Source: an uncultured archaeon
Lineage (GTDB): Archaea; Asgardarchaeota; Heimdallarchaeia; Heimdallarchaeales; Kariarchaeaceae
DNA: 47,817 bases
NCBI GenBank assembly: GCA_964600735.1
Contig: CAZRLL010000006.1
Span: forward strand, 1-47,817
Reading direction: 5' to 3'
The first letter of the stretch is position 1; each line of letters begins with the position of its first letter. Under the pieces are notes generated by a model. That model was not told where the DNA came from and did not search any database. It saw nothing but the letters and a program-made list of their open reading frames with translations. Both the position numbers and the translations under genes were made by a program. Below are positions 46,052-47,817 of the stretch, in pieces.

Positions 46052-46547
46052 TTATAGTTTCGATATTGATTGAAATACATCATTAATACAGTTTTTACAT
46101 AAGCCTTCTTGTTTCCAAGTTTCATCAGTAATGTTATATTTTTTGATTATCTCTCCAAAATTGCTGAATAGTTCAGTTTTACCAGTCCAGTTAGTATAAT
46201 CAATTTCATATTCTTGAGTGAATAAATCTGCGACAGTTTCTGTTTTTTCCTTGTACTGCCTTATCAAACCAGAATCATCAGTAGGATTAGTTAATAATAT
46301 ACTCGTAATTTCACCTTGATTGTGGAGATAAACGTCCCATTTTCCCAGCTTTGCTTGTTCTAACTGGCCCACCAAATTCGGTAGCTAATGATTGTAAAGC
46401 TGTTAAGAAACTGCTCAAAATGCTTGTTTTATTCGTGATGAGATCATGACTTTTATGTTCATTACTACAACATTCGATCCCTTTTTCATAAGTACTTGAA
46501 AATAATGGTAAACCAGAACGTTGTATTATAATTAGATGTCTTATCAC
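46052..46547 (-). pseudogene. Longin/roadblock-like protein gene split by a 1-nt frameshift (restored product ~164 aa)
   Basis: ORFs 46311-46547 and 46052-46375 overlap in frames offset by +1. Deleting one G of the GGG run (CCC at 46368-46370 on the + strand) gives ...LQSLATEFGGQLEQAKLGKWDVYLHNQGEITSILLTN..., which is collinear with the module in the neighbouring 367-aa ORF. Confidence 0.6.
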
Positions 46548-46618
46548 TACACTATTACATTAAATATACATTTTATAATAGTTTCTTTATATTAAAAATT
46601 GAAAATTAATCCATTCAA

Positions 46619-47722
46619 TTAGTTAAATTTTTTCTCAAAAGCCTTATAAATCTGTTTGCTTGTTGTGTTTAGCAGTTTCTTGATTTCATCTGATTGTAGA
46701 TCATCTTTCATGCTCACAATTACTGTTGATAATTTATCTGCGGCCTCAATTAGCTCCTTGTTAATGACAACCGAGGTATTCGGATCAACATTTTTAACAA
46801 AAAATACAAAGTTAAATATTTCTCTTTGTTGTACTAAAATTTTAGCTCCTCCCAGTTCCAAACCACCTATTGGTTTATCGTCAAAAAACATCTCCTCTCC
46901 AACATTGTCAAGTGCAGCCACTAATCCAGCCATCATATTTTGATCATACTCGATTTTAATATTATTGATGGGCCACATTTTTTGAAATATAGGATATTCT
47001 CTTTGGGCAATAAAAACTCCCAATAATGATGGTACTGTTTCGGGTCTGAATGAGGCTTCATCTTTTCTGATAATTGATTTGACAATAGCTACCTGGTCTA
47101 GAGTTTTGTCAATTTCCTTTCCTTCAAAGGTTTTTGTTTTAATTTGAGCTGATTTTTCCAAAGCCTTTCCAATCCAGTGAGTTAATTCACCGAAATTTGC
47201 TCGATAGGGAACCAAATAGCACATTAACTCACTATTCAGAGCTTCCACTAGGTGAGATGTTATCCGACGGTCTCTTACTCTGTAGATCACCTGAATGTGA
47301 GGAGAAATTTCCTTAGCATGTTCTGCAAAATCAAAAGGATCACGGACATTTCTTTTCTCTCTAATTTTGGAATCTAGTAATACTACGCTGCAATTTGAAT
47401 TTTTAATAAAACGACTGGCAGTTTCTTCATCATCAGTAGTCATTACCTGATACAATTCTGATTTTTCGAGAAATCTTTTGATCTTGTAGTGATTATTTTC
47501 ATCATTACCATAAATGAGGATAAGTTGTTGATCCAAATCTTCAGAGAGTTCTTCATCCCCCAAAGGGGCGGTTTCGTTAGCTTTTTTGAATCTTGTTGCT
47601 ATCTTATCGATGTTTTTTATGGTTTCCCGGGTGATTATTTTCCTGCTTCTGATGATATCCTCACCAACTTGGTCAACGAGTTCATCAACTATCGAATTGA
47701 CAATCTTCTCTGTTGCTGCCAC
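46619..47722 (-). CDS. Receiver-like (REC) domain fused to a C-terminal longin/roadblock-like module; GTG start
   Basis: LILIYGNDENN ... CSVVLLDSKI ... IQVIYRV ... CYLVPYRANF has a CheY-like layout, but the conserved Lys before Pro is Val. C-terminus: LLGVFIAQREYPIFQKMW..NMMAGLVAALDNVGEEM..GGLELGGAKILVQQREIFNFVFFVKN. Confidence 0.65.
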   Translation of the reverse strand: MAATEKIVNSIVDELVDQVGEDIIRSRKIITRETIKNIDKIATRFKKANETAPLGDEELSEDLDQQLILIYGNDENNHYKIKRFLEKSELYQVMTTDDEETASRFIKNSNCSVVLLDSKIREKRNVRDPFDFAEHAKEISPHIQVIYRVRDRRITSHLVEALNSELMCYLVPYRANFGELTHWIGKALEKSAQIKTKTFEGKEIDKTLDQVAIVKSIIRKDEASFRPETVPSLLGVFIAQREYPIFQKMWPINNIKIEYDQNMMAGLVAALDNVGEEMFFDDKPIGGLELGGAKILVQQREIFNFVFFVKNVDPNTSVVINKELIEAADKLSTVIVSMKDDLQSDEIKKLLNTTSKQIYKAFEKKFN

Positions 47723-47817
47723 ATTATGACTAGTTAAATTCCTGACAAATATTGAAAACTGTAAATCCTCATGAAAATTGAATATTACACTAATTCCACC
47801 AAAGTTTATTTCTTTAA

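Noticed and set aside
1-47817. Search by eye for CRISPR arrays, tRNA/rRNA genes and regularly spaced direct repeats of 25 bp or more
   Set aside because: I noticed no G+C-rich cloverleaf-like segments in the intergenic regions and no spaced repeat arrays. Absence is not proven without tRNAscan, Infernal or CRISPR finders.

Overview
A 47.8-kb, visibly AT-rich prokaryotic chromosome segment of about 40 protein-coding genes on both strands. I found no rRNA, tRNA or CRISPR array by eye. Gene content suggests an archaeon, possibly an Asgard/Lokiarchaeia-like lineage. This is inference only, based on: dodecin, an F420/LLM-type oxidoreductase, DUF123, a RecJ/Cdc45-like DHH protein, many small winged-helix proteins, an LRR protein, a RING-like finger, repeated longin/roadblock-like modules and an ESCRT-III-like gene shard. 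Ordinary genes: alpha/beta hydrolase, class I/II aminotransferase, aldo/keto reductase, exonuclease III, VIT1/CCC1 transporter, ABC transporter pair, YbaK-like deacylase, CDGSH protein, RNase III. Accessory or unusual content, in window order:
1. A 54-bp inverted repeat pair that truncates a DUF2461 gene at the left edge.
2. Two orphan proteins of about 1000 aa (994 and 1069 aa). The first clearly starts with a longin/roadblock-like module that recurs elsewhere in the window.
3. One IS1634-family insertion sequence, followed by a mosaic of gene shards.
4. Two ORF-free islands, both A-rich on the + strand (about 1.45 and 1.57 kb). The second ends in a structured segment plus hairpin and T8 on the + strand.
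5. A vapBC pair.
6. A tail-anchored RING-like protein, next to a membrane-anchored HerA/FtsK-like ATPase that is divergent from a MoxR-VWA(CoxE-like) pair.
7. A 13-bp dyad, CCACT-N3-AGTGG, shared by two promoter regions.
No database search, structure prediction or RNA folding was possible. Every family call rests on motifs read from the translations, and every alignment was done by hand.
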